A stretch of DNA of 47,124 bases. Source: Acutalibacteraceae bacterium (GTDB lineage: Bacteria; Bacillota; Clostridia; Oscillospirales; Acutalibacteraceae). Both the position numbers and the translations under genes were made by a program. The stretch spans positions 1-47,124 of the forward strand of contig JAZPXM010000152.1 in NCBI GenBank assembly GCA_045543675.1, written 5' to 3'. The notes below the pieces were generated by a model. The model saw only the letters and a program-made list of their open reading frames with translations. It did not search any database and was not told where the DNA came from. Shown piece after piece: positions 1 through 10,100 of the stretch (within the stretch, counting starts at the first letter, position 1; each line of letters begins with the position of its first letter).

Positions 1-47
1 TATTCATTATTCATTCAAAAAATCCGTTCTTTAATGAATAATGAATA
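1..47. repeat. Perfect 15-bp inverted repeat (tattcattattcatt / aatgaataatgaata) around a 17-nt loop, truncated context at window edge
   Basis: Positions 1-15 are the exact reverse complement of 33-47. The loop (aaaaaatccgttct) nearly duplicates one arm of the tRNA-Thr terminator at 77-110. Confidence 0.6.
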
Positions 48-76
48 GTGAAAAATGCATAGTGAATAATACAAAC

Positions 77-110
77 AAAAAATCCGCTCTCTTGCGAGAA
101 CGGATTTTTT
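77..110 (-). terminator. Rho-independent terminator downstream of tRNA-Thr
   Basis: aaaaaatccgctctc / gagaacggatttttt stem with one mismatch and loop ttgc. A U-run follows when read on the minus strand. Confidence 0.75.
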
Positions 111-113
111 GTT

Positions 114-189
114 TGGAGCTACTGATCCGATTCGAACGGACGACCTGCTCATTACGAGTGAGCTGCTCTACCTGCTGAGCCACAGTAGC
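114..189 (-). tRNA. tRNA-Thr (anticodon CGT), CCA encoded
   Basis: The reverse complement reads GCTACTG...CAGTAGC-T-CCA, which gives the acceptor stem. The D arm is GCTC/GAGC, the anticodon stem GCTCA/TGAGC with loop CTCGTAA, and the T loop is TTCGAAT. Length is 76 nt. Confidence 0.9.
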
Positions 190-349
190 ATACATCGAGA
201 TTATAACAGCATCGCCGCCCGCCGTCAAGTGAAAAGCACGTCTTTTTTTGAAAAATATTTAAAAATTCCGCCTTTTCCCGTTGCAAAACGACAAAAATCG
301 TGCTATATTTGTAACAATATGACACATTTTGCAAAAGAAGGTGCCAAGC

Positions 350-760
350 GTGAAAGAAATCGAACAGTCCTTACTCTCTACACGGTTAAAATTACTCCGT
401 CACGCGGGTCGTATGACCCAAAAAGACGTTTCGGATATGTTGGACGTCTCCCGTTCTGCATATACATATTACGAGCGTGATCGCAGTAAACCGGATTTTG
501 ATACGCTGATCACCCTTTCTAAGATATTTGGTGTCAGCATCGACTATCTTGTGGGGTTATCCAACCTGCCCGAACGCCGTCGGGAAGAAGCACAGGCGGC
601 GGATGTCGCCCAAAACGAGATGGTGCGGGAATTCGCTTTGGGGCAGTTGCCTGACCAAGAACGACAGATGCTGTGTCAATTCCGCTTGCTGTCCGACGCT
701 GCGCAGGAAGCCATTGCGGAGAACATACGCCAAACATTGGCGAAAGAAAGAAGCGAATAG
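350..760 (+). CDS. XRE-family helix-turn-helix transcriptional regulator
   Basis: HTH_3-like segment LRHAGRMTQKDVSDMLDVSRSAYTYYERDRSKPDFDTLITLSKIFGVSIDYL. A GTG at 350 sits 6 nt after GAAGGTG, whereas the track start at 329 is a TTG with no RBS. Confidence 0.75.
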   Translation: MKEIEQSLLSTRLKLLRHAGRMTQKDVSDMLDVSRSAYTYYERDRSKPDFDTLITLSKIFGVSIDYLVGLSNLPERRREEAQAADVAQNEMVREFALGQLPDQERQMLCQFRLLSDAAQEAIAENIRQTLAKERSE

Positions 761-798
761 AATGTATCACGCAGACATTAGTTTTTGGGGGTATTCCA

Positions 799-1818
799 AT
801 GGAAAAGAAAAACATCGACTGGAGTAATCTGGGTTTTGCATATATCAAAACCGATTACCGTTACGTCTCCCGTTTTAAGGACGGCAAGTGGGACGACGGC
901 ACCTTGACAGGTGACGAAAAAATCGTTTTAGACGAAAGCGCTTGTGTATTACAGTATGCACAGACCTGCTTTGAGGGTTTAAAAGCGTACACCACCGCAG
1001 ACGGTCACATTGTCTGTTTCCGTCCCGACTTAAATGCAGCGCGTATGGCAGATTCCTGCCGCCGTATGAAAATGCCTGTCTTCCCCGAAGAAAAATTCGT
1101 GGAAGCGGTACGGCAGGTGGTAAAAACCAATGCAGCATTTGTACCGCCGTACGGCAGTGGCGCTTCGTTGTATCTGCGCCCCTTTATGTTTGGTGCGAAC
1201 AACGTTATCGGCGTAAAACCCGCGGACGAATTTGAATTCCGCATTTTCTGCACCCCCGTAGGTCCTTATTTTAAAGGCGGCGTAAAACCCTTGACTTTAC
1301 GTATCTCCGACTTTGACCGTGCGGCTCCCCGCGGCACCGGTCATATCAAAGCCGGCCTTAATTACGCTATGAGTTTATATGCCATTGTAGATGCGCACGA
1401 ACAAGGGTACGACGAGAACGTATATCTCGATTCCGCCACCCGTACCCATATCGAAGAAACGGGCGGTGCCAACATTCTGCTGGTGTCTAAAGACGGCAAG
1501 GTCATCACCCCGAAATCCGATACCATTCTCCCGTCCATTACCCGCCGTTCTCTGCTCACGGTTGCCAAAGACTATCTCGGTTTGGAAGTGGAAGAACGTC
1601 CCGTGGCGGTTTCCGAACTTGCCGATATGGCGGAATGCGGTCTTTGCGGCACGGCGGCTGTCATCTCCCCCGTTGGTAAAATTGTGGACCACGACACCAC
1701 ATATTGCTTCGGCATGGACGAGATGGGGCCTGTCACCAAAAAGCTGTATGAAACCTTACGGGGCATCCAGATGGGCACCATACAAGCGCCTGACGGCTGG
1801 ATCGAGGTTATTGAATAA
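799..1818 (+). CDS. ilvE: Branched-chain amino acid aminotransferase (class IV)
   Basis: MEKKNIDWSNLGFAYIKTDYRY... with typical BCAT blocks (QTCFEGLKAY, LYLRPFMFG, GHIKAGLNYA, EETGGANI). The ATG at 799 was chosen over the long upstream extension that overlaps the XRE gene. Confidence 0.9.
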   Translation: MEKKNIDWSNLGFAYIKTDYRYVSRFKDGKWDDGTLTGDEKIVLDESACVLQYAQTCFEGLKAYTTADGHIVCFRPDLNAARMADSCRRMKMPVFPEEKFVEAVRQVVKTNAAFVPPYGSGASLYLRPFMFGANNVIGVKPADEFEFRIFCTPVGPYFKGGVKPLTLRISDFDRAAPRGTGHIKAGLNYAMSLYAIVDAHEQGYDENVYLDSATRTHIEETGGANILLVSKDGKVITPKSDTILPSITRRSLLTVAKDYLGLEVEERPVAVSELADMAECGLCGTAAVISPVGKIVDHDTTYCFGMDEMGPVTKKLYETLRGIQMGTIQAPDGWIEVIE

Positions 1819-1824
1819 TTTGTT

Positions 1825-1862
1825 AACCCGCGTAATTTTCTATTGCAATTACGCGGGTTTCC
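1825..1862 (+). terminator. Rho-independent terminator after ilvE
   Basis: aacccgcgtaatt / aattacgcgggtt 13-bp stem followed by a T-rich tract. Confidence 0.8.
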
Positions 1863-1912
1863 TTATATAATATACCAATAATTAGTATTTTTGTTGAAAG
1901 GGTAGGTTGCTT

Positions 1913-3652
1913 ATGTGGAAGCGTCTGATACAATGTGTCAGAGAATACAAAAAACCAACCATCCTCACCTTAGTATTCATTGTGGGCGAGGCGATTATTG
2001 AAGTTTTTATTCCGTTTATTACTGCCGATCTGGTAAACCGCATCAAAAACGGTGTAGATATGTCCTATATCGTGAAAGCGGGTATCCTGCTCGCCGTGAT
2101 GGCGGTGTTATCCTTGACCTGCGGCGGTTTGGCGGCATTCACCTGTGCGAAAGCGTCTGCAGGTTTTGCAAAGAACCTGCGCGGTGATTTATACCGCGCG
2201 GTAGGCGGCTTTGCGTTTAAGAATATCGACAAGTTCTCGTCCGCTTCGCTGGTTACCCGTATGACAACCGACGTGGCCAACGTACAGATGGCGTATATGA
2301 TGATCATCCGCTCTGCCGTCCGTTCCCCCTTATTGTTGCTGTTTTCTATCATTATGGCATACATTATGGGTGGCGCGTTGTCCGGCACGTTTGTGGTAGT
2401 TATCCCCGTGCTTGCGTTCGGCCTGATTATGGTCAGCCGCAAAGCGATGCCCGCTTTCCGCCGCGTGTTCAAAAAATACGACCGTCTCAACGAGTCTATT
2501 GAAGAAAACGTACGCGGGATGCGCGTTGTGAAAGGGTTTTCCCGTGAAAACTACGAAAAAGAGAAATTCAACGACGCATCCGCTGACATCTGCAAAGATT
2601 TCACCAAAGCGGAACGCATCGTCGCGCTCAACACGCCCATTATGCAGTTGTGTATGCATTTTAATATGATTTTTATTCTGCTGGTCGGCTCGTATATGTC
2701 CATTACCGGCAAAGGTGCTAACGTAGACGTCGGTCAGATCTCTGCGATGCTCACCTACGGTATGCAGATTTTGATGTCGCTGATGATGCTGTCTATGATC
2801 TACGTCATTCTCACCATTTCCGCGGAATCCATCAAACGTGTATGCGAAGTGCTGGGCGAACAATCTGCTATTACCGACCCCGAAGATCCGGTGCAAACGG
2901 TTGCAGATGGCAGTATTACCTTTGACAACGTCTCTTTCAAATATGCCGAAAACGCCAAGCAGTACGCTTTAGCCGATATCGATCTTACCATTCATTCGGG
3001 TATGACGGTAGGCATTATCGGCGGTACGGGTACGGGTAAATCCACCTTAGTACAACTTATTCCGCGCTTATATGACGTCACGCAAGGCAGCGTAAAGGTC
3101 GGCGGCGTGGACGTGCGGGAATACGCATTGGAAACCTTACGCGGCGCAGTAGCGATGGTGTTGCAGAAAAACGAACTGTTTTCGGGTACTATCAAAGAGA
3201 ATCTGCGTTGGGGCGATGAAAACGCTACGGATGAAGAACTCGTCGAAGCGTGCAAGTTGGCACAGGCGCACGACTTTATCGAAAGTTTCCCCGATAAATA
3301 CGATACCAAGATCGAACAAGGCGGTACTAACGTATCGGGCGGACAAAAACAGCGTCTTTGCATCGCCCGTGCGTTGCTGAAGAAGCCGAAGATCCTGATT
3401 TTGGATGACTCCACCAGCGCGGTGGATACCCGCACCGATGCGTGCATCCGCGCAGGATTTAAAACCTATATCCCCGAAACCACAAAAATCATTATTGCAC
3501 AGCGTATTGCCTCTGTGCAGGATGCCGACCTTATCTTAGTGATGGACGGCGGACGCATTGTGGCGCAAGGCGACCACGACACATTGCTTGCGTCCTGTGA
3601 CATTTACAAAGAGATCTATGTACAGCAGACGAACGGGGGTGATGCGGAATGA
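1913..3652 (+). CDS. ABC exporter, fused permease/ATPase subunit carrying the degenerate-site residues
   Basis: Six-TM type ABC membrane domain followed by an NBD. Walker A is GGTGTGKST, the signature is VSGGQKQR, Walker B is ILILDDSTS (Asp in place of the catalytic Glu), and the H-loop is IAQR (Gln for His). The ATG at 1913 follows GAAAGGGTAGG. Confidence 0.9.
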   Translation: MWKRLIQCVREYKKPTILTLVFIVGEAIIEVFIPFITADLVNRIKNGVDMSYIVKAGILLAVMAVLSLTCGGLAAFTCAKASAGFAKNLRGDLYRAVGGFAFKNIDKFSSASLVTRMTTDVANVQMAYMMIIRSAVRSPLLLLFSIIMAYIMGGALSGTFVVVIPVLAFGLIMVSRKAMPAFRRVFKKYDRLNESIEENVRGMRVVKGFSRENYEKEKFNDASADICKDFTKAERIVALNTPIMQLCMHFNMIFILLVGSYMSITGKGANVDVGQISAMLTYGMQILMSLMMLSMIYVILTISAESIKRVCEVLGEQSAITDPEDPVQTVADGSITFDNVSFKYAENAKQYALADIDLTIHSGMTVGIIGGTGTGKSTLVQLIPRLYDVTQGSVKVGGVDVREYALETLRGAVAMVLQKNELFSGTIKENLRWGDENATDEELVEACKLAQAHDFIESFPDKYDTKIEQGGTNVSGGQKQRLCIARALLKKPKILILDDSTSAVDTRTDACIRAGFKTYIPETTKIIIAQRIASVQDADLILVMDGGRIVAQGDHDTLLASCDIYKEIYVQQTNGGDAE

Positions 3653-5547
3653 ACGGAAAAAGACCAATGCCGAAAAAAGGCACGTTATCCCGTACGTTGA
3701 AACTGTTGTTTTCGTTTTATCCCGTTTTAGCGCCGCTGACCGTCGTGTGTATTCTGTTTGCCGCCGTCGTGTCCGCACTTCCTGCTCTTTTTATACAGGA
3801 AATCATTGCTGCTATCGAATTCTGGCAGCCGTCGGGTGATTTTAACAGCGCTATCAAGGAGATCTTGCCGCAGGTGTTGATGCTGGCAGGGTTGTACGTA
3901 CTGTCTCTGCTTGCCACCACCGCCCAAACACAGTTAATGGCGTATATGACCCAAGGGTTTTTGAGTAAAATGCGGTGTATGATGTTTGACGGTATGCAAA
4001 ATCTGCCTATCCGCTATTTTGACAGCAACCGTCACGGCGATATTATGAGCCATTACACCAACGATATCGACACGTTGCGTGAACTGGTATCCCGCGCTTT
4101 ACCTTCGCTTTTACAAGCATCCGTCGTCGTGCTGACCGTATTCTCGGTAATGCTGTATTTCAGCGTCACTATGACATTGGTGCTGTTGGTAGGTGTCGCC
4201 GCAATGTTGTTTACTTCCCGCAAATTGGCGGGCGGCTCTGCAAAATTCTTTATCCGTCAGCAAAAATCTATGGGTGCTACCGAAGGGTACATCCAGGAAA
4301 TGATGAACGGGCAGAAAGTTGTAAAGGTGTTCTGCCACGAAAAAGCGGGCGAACAGGATTTTGATGCCATCAACAACCAACTGTATGAGGACAGCAAACA
4401 AGCACATGCGTATGCCAATATGCTCGGTCCTATCATTATGAATATCGGTAACATTATCTACGTTGTCATCGCTATGGTAGGCGGTCTGTACCTCTTGTCG
4501 GGTCTGCCCAACATCAGTGTGTCGGGTATGGCGTTTTCCATCAGTATTTTGGTACCGTTTCTCAATATGACCAAGCAATTTACGGGCAACGTTAACCAGG
4601 TTTCCCAACAGATAAACGCGGTGGTGATGGGTATGGCAGGTGCGGACCGTGTGTTCTCCCTAATGGATGAACAACCCGAAGCGGATGACGGCTACGTCAC
4701 GCTGGTAAATGCCAAGATCGCACAAGACGGCACCGTAACCGAAACCGCAGAACACACCGGCGTTTGGGCGTGGAAACATCCGCACAAGGACGGCACGCTC
4801 ACCTACACGGTGTTGCGCGGTGACGTACGGCTTACCGACGTGGATTTCGGGTACGTCCCCGAAAAGCAGGTGTTACACAACATCTCTTTGTATGCCGAAC
4901 CCGGTCAGAAAGTGGCGTTTGTCGGTGCTACGGGTGCAGGCAAAACCACCATCACCAACCTTATCAACCGCTTTTACGATATCGCGGACGGCAAGGTGCG
5001 GTATGACGGTATCAACATCAATAAAATCAAAAAATCCGACCTGCGCCGCTCGTTAGGGCTGGTATTGCAGGAAACCAATCTGTTTACGGGCACGGTTAAG
5101 GACAATATCCGTTACGGCCGCTTAGATGCCCCCGACGAAGAGTGTCGTGCGGCGGCAAAATTGGCGGGTGCGGACAATTTTATCGAACGTCTGCCCAACG
5201 GATACGACACCATGCTGTCCGGTAACGGTGCCAACCTGTCCCAAGGACAGCGGCAGTTGATTGCTATCGCCCGTGCGGCGGTTGCCGACCCGCCCGTGAT
5301 GATCATGGATGAGGCAACGTCGTCCATTGACACCCGCACCGAAGCTATTGTGCAACGCGGTATGGATAAGTTAATGGAAGGACGCACCGTATTCGTCATT
5401 GCGCACCGCTTATCCACCGTGCAAAACTCGGATGTTATTATGGTATTAGACCATGGCAGGATTATTGAACGCGGCTCTCACGACGACCTTATCGCCCAAA
5501 AAGGCACCTATTATCAGTTGTACACCGGTGCGTTTGAATTGGAATGA
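3649..5547 (+). CDS. ABC exporter, fused permease/ATPase subunit with consensus Walker B
   Basis: 4-nt overlap with the upstream subunit. Walker A is GATGAGKTT, Walker B is IMIMDEATS, the H-loop is IAHRLST, and the signature is the non-canonical LSQGQRQ. Confidence 0.9.
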   Translation: MNGKRPMPKKGTLSRTLKLLFSFYPVLAPLTVVCILFAAVVSALPALFIQEIIAAIEFWQPSGDFNSAIKEILPQVLMLAGLYVLSLLATTAQTQLMAYMTQGFLSKMRCMMFDGMQNLPIRYFDSNRHGDIMSHYTNDIDTLRELVSRALPSLLQASVVVLTVFSVMLYFSVTMTLVLLVGVAAMLFTSRKLAGGSAKFFIRQQKSMGATEGYIQEMMNGQKVVKVFCHEKAGEQDFDAINNQLYEDSKQAHAYANMLGPIIMNIGNIIYVVIAMVGGLYLLSGLPNISVSGMAFSISILVPFLNMTKQFTGNVNQVSQQINAVVMGMAGADRVFSLMDEQPEADDGYVTLVNAKIAQDGTVTETAEHTGVWAWKHPHKDGTLTYTVLRGDVRLTDVDFGYVPEKQVLHNISLYAEPGQKVAFVGATGAGKTTITNLINRFYDIADGKVRYDGININKIKKSDLRRSLGLVLQETNLFTGTVKDNIRYGRLDAPDEECRAAAKLAGADNFIERLPNGYDTMLSGNGANLSQGQRQLIAIARAAVADPPVMIMDEATSSIDTRTEAIVQRGMDKLMEGRTVFVIAHRLSTVQNSDVIMVLDHGRIIERGSHDDLIAQKGTYYQLYTGAFELE

Positions 5548-5625
5548 TCTGTAGCGTTTTGTGAACTGTGCTATAGAAAATTTCTGCGCGCGCCTATAGA
5601 CTTTATTTTGAAAGGTGGGGTGCAA

Positions 5626-5970
5626 ATGCGTACCATTGTAACAGTTGTAGGACAGCGGATACGAAATTATCGAAAGAAAAAACAACTAAGTCAGGAAAAA
5701 TTAGCAGAATTATCGGGTTGTCACCCCACCTATATCGGACAGGTAGAACGCGGCGAAAAGAATCCCACGCTTGAAAGCCTTGAAAAGATTTCCACGGCGC
5801 TCGGTATATCGTTATCTACGCTGTTTGAAAATCTGGGTGGCGGCGAAAACCCCGATGAGAATATCCCGCTTGCGTGTTATGATCTGCTTTGTTCAAAAAC
5901 CAAGCAGGAACAAGCCGCTTTATACCGCATCCTATGCGCATTAGACGATTACAAAAAACTCAACAAATAA
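5626..5970 (+). CDS. XRE-family HTH transcriptional regulator
   Basis: QRIRNYRKKKQLSQEKLAELSGCHPTYIGQVERGEKNPTLESLEKISTALGISL. The ATG at 5626 follows GAAAGGTGGGG. Confidence 0.8.
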   Translation: MRTIVTVVGQRIRNYRKKKQLSQEKLAELSGCHPTYIGQVERGEKNPTLESLEKISTALGISLSTLFENLGGGENPDENIPLACYDLLCSKTKQEQAALYRILCALDDYKKLNK

Positions 5971-5998
5971 AAAAGGAGATGTGCACATCTCCTTTTTT
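5971..5998. terminator. Bidirectional terminator between convergent genes
   Basis: aaaaggagatgtgcacatctcctttt palindromic hairpin flanked by an A-run and a T-run. Confidence 0.8.
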
Positions 5999-6983
5999 AT
6001 TTGTCTTTTGTTGTTTTTGGCGGGCGGTATTTCATAATCTGTGACGTTGGGAACGAGAAAGGTTTCAACGCCAGCAAGAACGTCAATACAACCGCTGACA
6101 GCACGTATATACATTTCCCCGTCGTGGTGGCGCACAGCAGGGTAACCCAGCCATAATACCGAATGAAATATAATAGCGGGCGATGCCAGAAATAAATCTG
6201 CAACGTACGGGTGCCCACGGTGGATATCACGGGAATTCTCTTGGTAGGTGCGGCAAGTATGCACGCAAAGCACAGCAATGTGGCTATGCCCATACACAAC
6301 AATCGCCATAAGCAGCCCCACGTTTCAAACGGTGGGTCAAACGGATTTTCTGCCGCAAACAGATTGTTCAGCGGCCACCACGGTTTTCGGAACACAATGC
6401 ACAATACCAACCACGCGACCACCACGCCAAACGCGGCGGCTTTTATAGCGGGTTTCTTTGCCAAGTTCAAAAGCGTATCTTTGTTGGAGAGTACGCCCAT
6501 TACGTAGAACGGATAAAACACGATGATTCTCGAAAGGGAAAACATATAATTGATGTTTTGGTCATATCCCGCAAAGCACGCCACAATCACGCTGATTACC
6601 AATACGTATTTCAGGTTTTGATTGCGTAACAAATAGGTCAACAACACAAACACCGCCATCGCCAACATATACCACGGTGCACCGCTGGCGGCAAAAAGAT
6701 CCAACTGTACCGTCTGTCCAAGCAACAAGCGGGTGATATACACCACCAGCGTATATATCACGTACATCGCCATATAGGACACCACTTTATGTGTGATCTT
6801 TGTGTTTTTATGAAACGCACCGGACACAAAAATAAACAGCGGCATATGAAATGCATAGATGAACAGCCATAGCCCACCAAACATCCAAGACTGCATATAC
6901 TGTGACAGAAAATGTCCTATTACAACCAATGTAATCAAGAAAAATCGTAGGTTATCCCAAAGAAATACACGGTCTTTTTGCAT
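5997..6983 (-). CDS. Acyltransferase family 3 (OafA-like) integral membrane protein
   Basis: The N-terminus FLWDNLRFFLITLVVIGHF is typical of Acyl_transf_3. The protein is polytopic and hydrophobic throughout. Confidence 0.75.
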   Translation of the reverse strand: MQKDRVFLWDNLRFFLITLVVIGHFLSQYMQSWMFGGLWLFIYAFHMPLFIFVSGAFHKNTKITHKVVSYMAMYVIYTLVVYITRLLLGQTVQLDLFAASGAPWYMLAMAVFVLLTYLLRNQNLKYVLVISVIVACFAGYDQNINYMFSLSRIIVFYPFYVMGVLSNKDTLLNLAKKPAIKAAAFGVVVAWLVLCIVFRKPWWPLNNLFAAENPFDPPFETWGCLWRLLCMGIATLLCFACILAAPTKRIPVISTVGTRTLQIYFWHRPLLYFIRYYGWVTLLCATTTGKCIYVLSAVVLTFLLALKPFSFPTSQIMKYRPPKTTKDK

Positions 6984-7105
6984 ATTTGGTCCCCTTTCAT
7001 TTGTTTGCCTTTATCATAGCATACCCCCGTATCTTTCGCAACCACATTTTTACAGCGACAAAAAAGGAACTGCACGGCTTTCGCCGTGCAGTTCCTTTTT
7101 TGATA

Positions 7106-10100
7106 TTATGCATTTTCTTCTTCGCGTTTTTTACGGAAACCGAACAACATACCGCCGCAGCTTACGAACAGCAATGCCGCTAACAGACCGTACTGCATAC
7201 CGTCACCCGTCTGTACCGTGGGAATTTCGGGTTCGGGGGTCGGTTCGGGAGTCGGCACGGGTGGTGCGGTGTAAACGTTCACAAAGGTGACGCCGTTTGC
7301 CGCTGCCTGCCCTTTCAGGTAGGTGTAGGTTACCGCGAACGTACCGTCAAGATTATCGGTGACCGCCGCTTTGACCGTGTAGACGGTCTCATCATAGGTG
7401 ATGGTGGTATCTTCACCTTTTACTTCGCGGACGGTGTAGACATATTCGCCCGCCGTGTCGATCGGGATAGCGGTAAACACAAACTTGCCGTCTGCCGCGT
7501 TTTTCACCGTCTCGATCTCCGCACCACGCGCATCGTACAGTTCAAAGGAGAACTCGTTTGCCGCAAGGTCTCGACCTTCCAGCGTCTTTTTGCCGCTGAT
7601 AACGATTTCGGTCGCCGCGGCTTTATAGACGTTTTCAAAGGTGATGGTATCCGCCAATGCGCCGTTTACCGCTTGACCGTTTACCTTAAGCGCGGCAACG
7701 AGATTGCCCGCGTGGTTATCGGTAACAGTGATCTCCACCTGATACGCCGTCTTATCGGCGGTAACACCCTTGGCATCCGCTTCGTCTTCAACGATAACAT
7801 AGTGATAGGTGCCAACCGCATCAAACGTTTCGGTCGCAAAGGTGATGTCGCCTTTGCCGTCAGCATTCAGTTTCAGTACGACATCGTCCTGCACGGGCGT
7901 CATACCGTCTAAAGCGTAGGTGCTGTCGGTCTTGTACAGATCAAACTTGAATTCGCCGTCCACAAGATCTCTGCCTTGGAGTATCTTGGTCGCGGTAAGG
8001 GTTACGTTCACCGCATCGGCTTTGTAGGTGTTGTTAAACCGGATAACCGCATTCGTACCCGTCAGTTGCGTGTAGGTGGTTACTTCGGTCAACACGCCGC
8101 CCACTTCTTTTTTCTCCACAACGCCTTTGTGCAACTGTTTATCCGCAATTTCCAGAGCGCCTTGAGCATTCTGCACCACTTCTAAACGGATGTGGTAGGA
8201 AGAAGTGTCGTAGGACACGCCTTTCGCGCCACCGATAACTTCGGTGATCTTATAGTGGTGGATACCTGCCGCCGCAATGGTGACAGCAGGGAAGCGGAAG
8301 GTGCCGTCCGCCGCGTTTTTCACGGTTTCACCGATCTGTGTACCGTTGATCGCATTGATAAGCGCGAATTCGAATTCACCGTCAACCAGCAGTCTGCCGT
8401 CCAGTACTTTTTCACCGCCGAAATCGGTGTGGATGTTGTACTGAACGGGGTCAGGCGTAAAGCCGTTCACAAAGACGATCTCGGTTGCAGGCATATCGTT
8501 TTTCACAAGCGCCACCTGCGCAGACAGTTTACCGACCGAGTTATCGGTCACGGTCACCGTCACGGTATACACCGACTTATCATAGTCGTAACGGTCATCG
8601 CCGCCGTCTACTTCTGCGAGGGTATACACATAGGTACCTGCTTTTGCATAGGTAATGGCACCGAAAGCAATGTTACCGTTCGCGTCGTTGGTCGCGGTAG
8701 CGGATGCGGGCATCGGTGCGCCTGCAGTCTGTGCGGTGAGTTTAAATGTAAATTCAGCCGCCTGCATAACCTTACCGGTCAGCATTTTGGTGCCGGTCAA
8801 GGTGACCGTAGCATCGGTTGCATCGTATGCGTTTTCAAACGTGATGTCGGATACATTTGCCGTACCGTTATTGATGACGGTGGAAGCCGTAATGGTCTGA
8901 TCACCGTTGTCGGTCACGGTAACGGTTACCGTATATACCGTTCCGTCATAGGTGAAGCCGCCGATCTTATCGGTATCCACTTCGGTGACGGTGTACTCAT
9001 AGGTGTGGCCCTTGTGTGCATCGCCAAACTCAATAGCGCCGAAGCTAAAAGCGCCGTTGGATGCATTTTTGACCACCGTTTCGGCGGGCATCGGCGCACC
9101 TGCCGTTAACGCTTTGATTTCAAACGCAAATTCATTTGCATTCAGCACACGGTCGCCGTCGATGGTCTTGCGACCCGACAGGGTCACGTAATCGGAAGCA
9201 GAAGGCACGTATGCGTTCTCAAAGGTGGGAACGGGAACGGTAGTGCCTGCAGGCAGGTTGGTAATAACCGTCTGCGCAGACAAGGTGCCGTCCAGATTGT
9301 CGGTCACGGTGACCTTTACTGCATATACCGCATCGTCATAGCGAATGTTGTTGATGAGTTCACCGCGTCCTACCTCTGCCAAATAATAGGTGTAGGTCTT
9401 CCCTGCGTCCGCCGCAGAATAGGTCAGGCGCATGGTGGTGGCACCTACCGCATCAGTCGGGACGGAGGTGAGCAATGCGTTTGCGTTCGCATCGGTCGCA
9501 GGATTGGTATCATACAATGCAAACCGATAGCCGGAAAGCGAATGGTTGCCGTTCATCGTTTTTTGGATATTAACAATAGCGGTCGCGGAACCCGTCGGCG
9601 CGTATACGTTGTTGAAATCAGCGGTGACCAGCCAGTTGCCGCTGACAGCGGTGTTCATTTCGTTGTTGACAGCAACGATTTCCAGATCGCCGTCCATATC
9701 GGCATCTGCAACCTGCACCGAGAATCTGCGTTCTGCAGTGTCATAGGTGATACCGCCCTGCGTGCCGACAAGCTCAGTTAAGCGATAATAGTAGGTGCCT
9801 GCCGTTTCGTACACCTCGTTTGCCAGCGAGAAGAGATGCTCTTTGGCGGTGTCGCCTGCCGCAATGGTTGCAGTGCCGAGCACATCCGCATTGTTGCCTA
9901 AGCGTTCCAGACGGAACGTATAGCTTTCGCCTGCGACCCAATCGGTACGGTTGCCGGTGATGCGTTTTGTCACCTTTACATCCACGCCTGCGCCGTTGGC
10001 ATCGGTGGGAACGTAGGTATTCACAATTAACGCCTGGTCGTTAGCGGATGCATCTACCACGCCGCTGAGAACACTCTTTGCCGCGTCAAGCGAGAATCCG

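Noticed and set aside
109-480. 123-aa plus-strand ORF and the 31-228 minus-strand ORF at the window start
   Set aside because: Both run through the tRNA-Thr gene and its terminator, and through the promoter and RBS region of the XRE gene, so they are not plausible genes.
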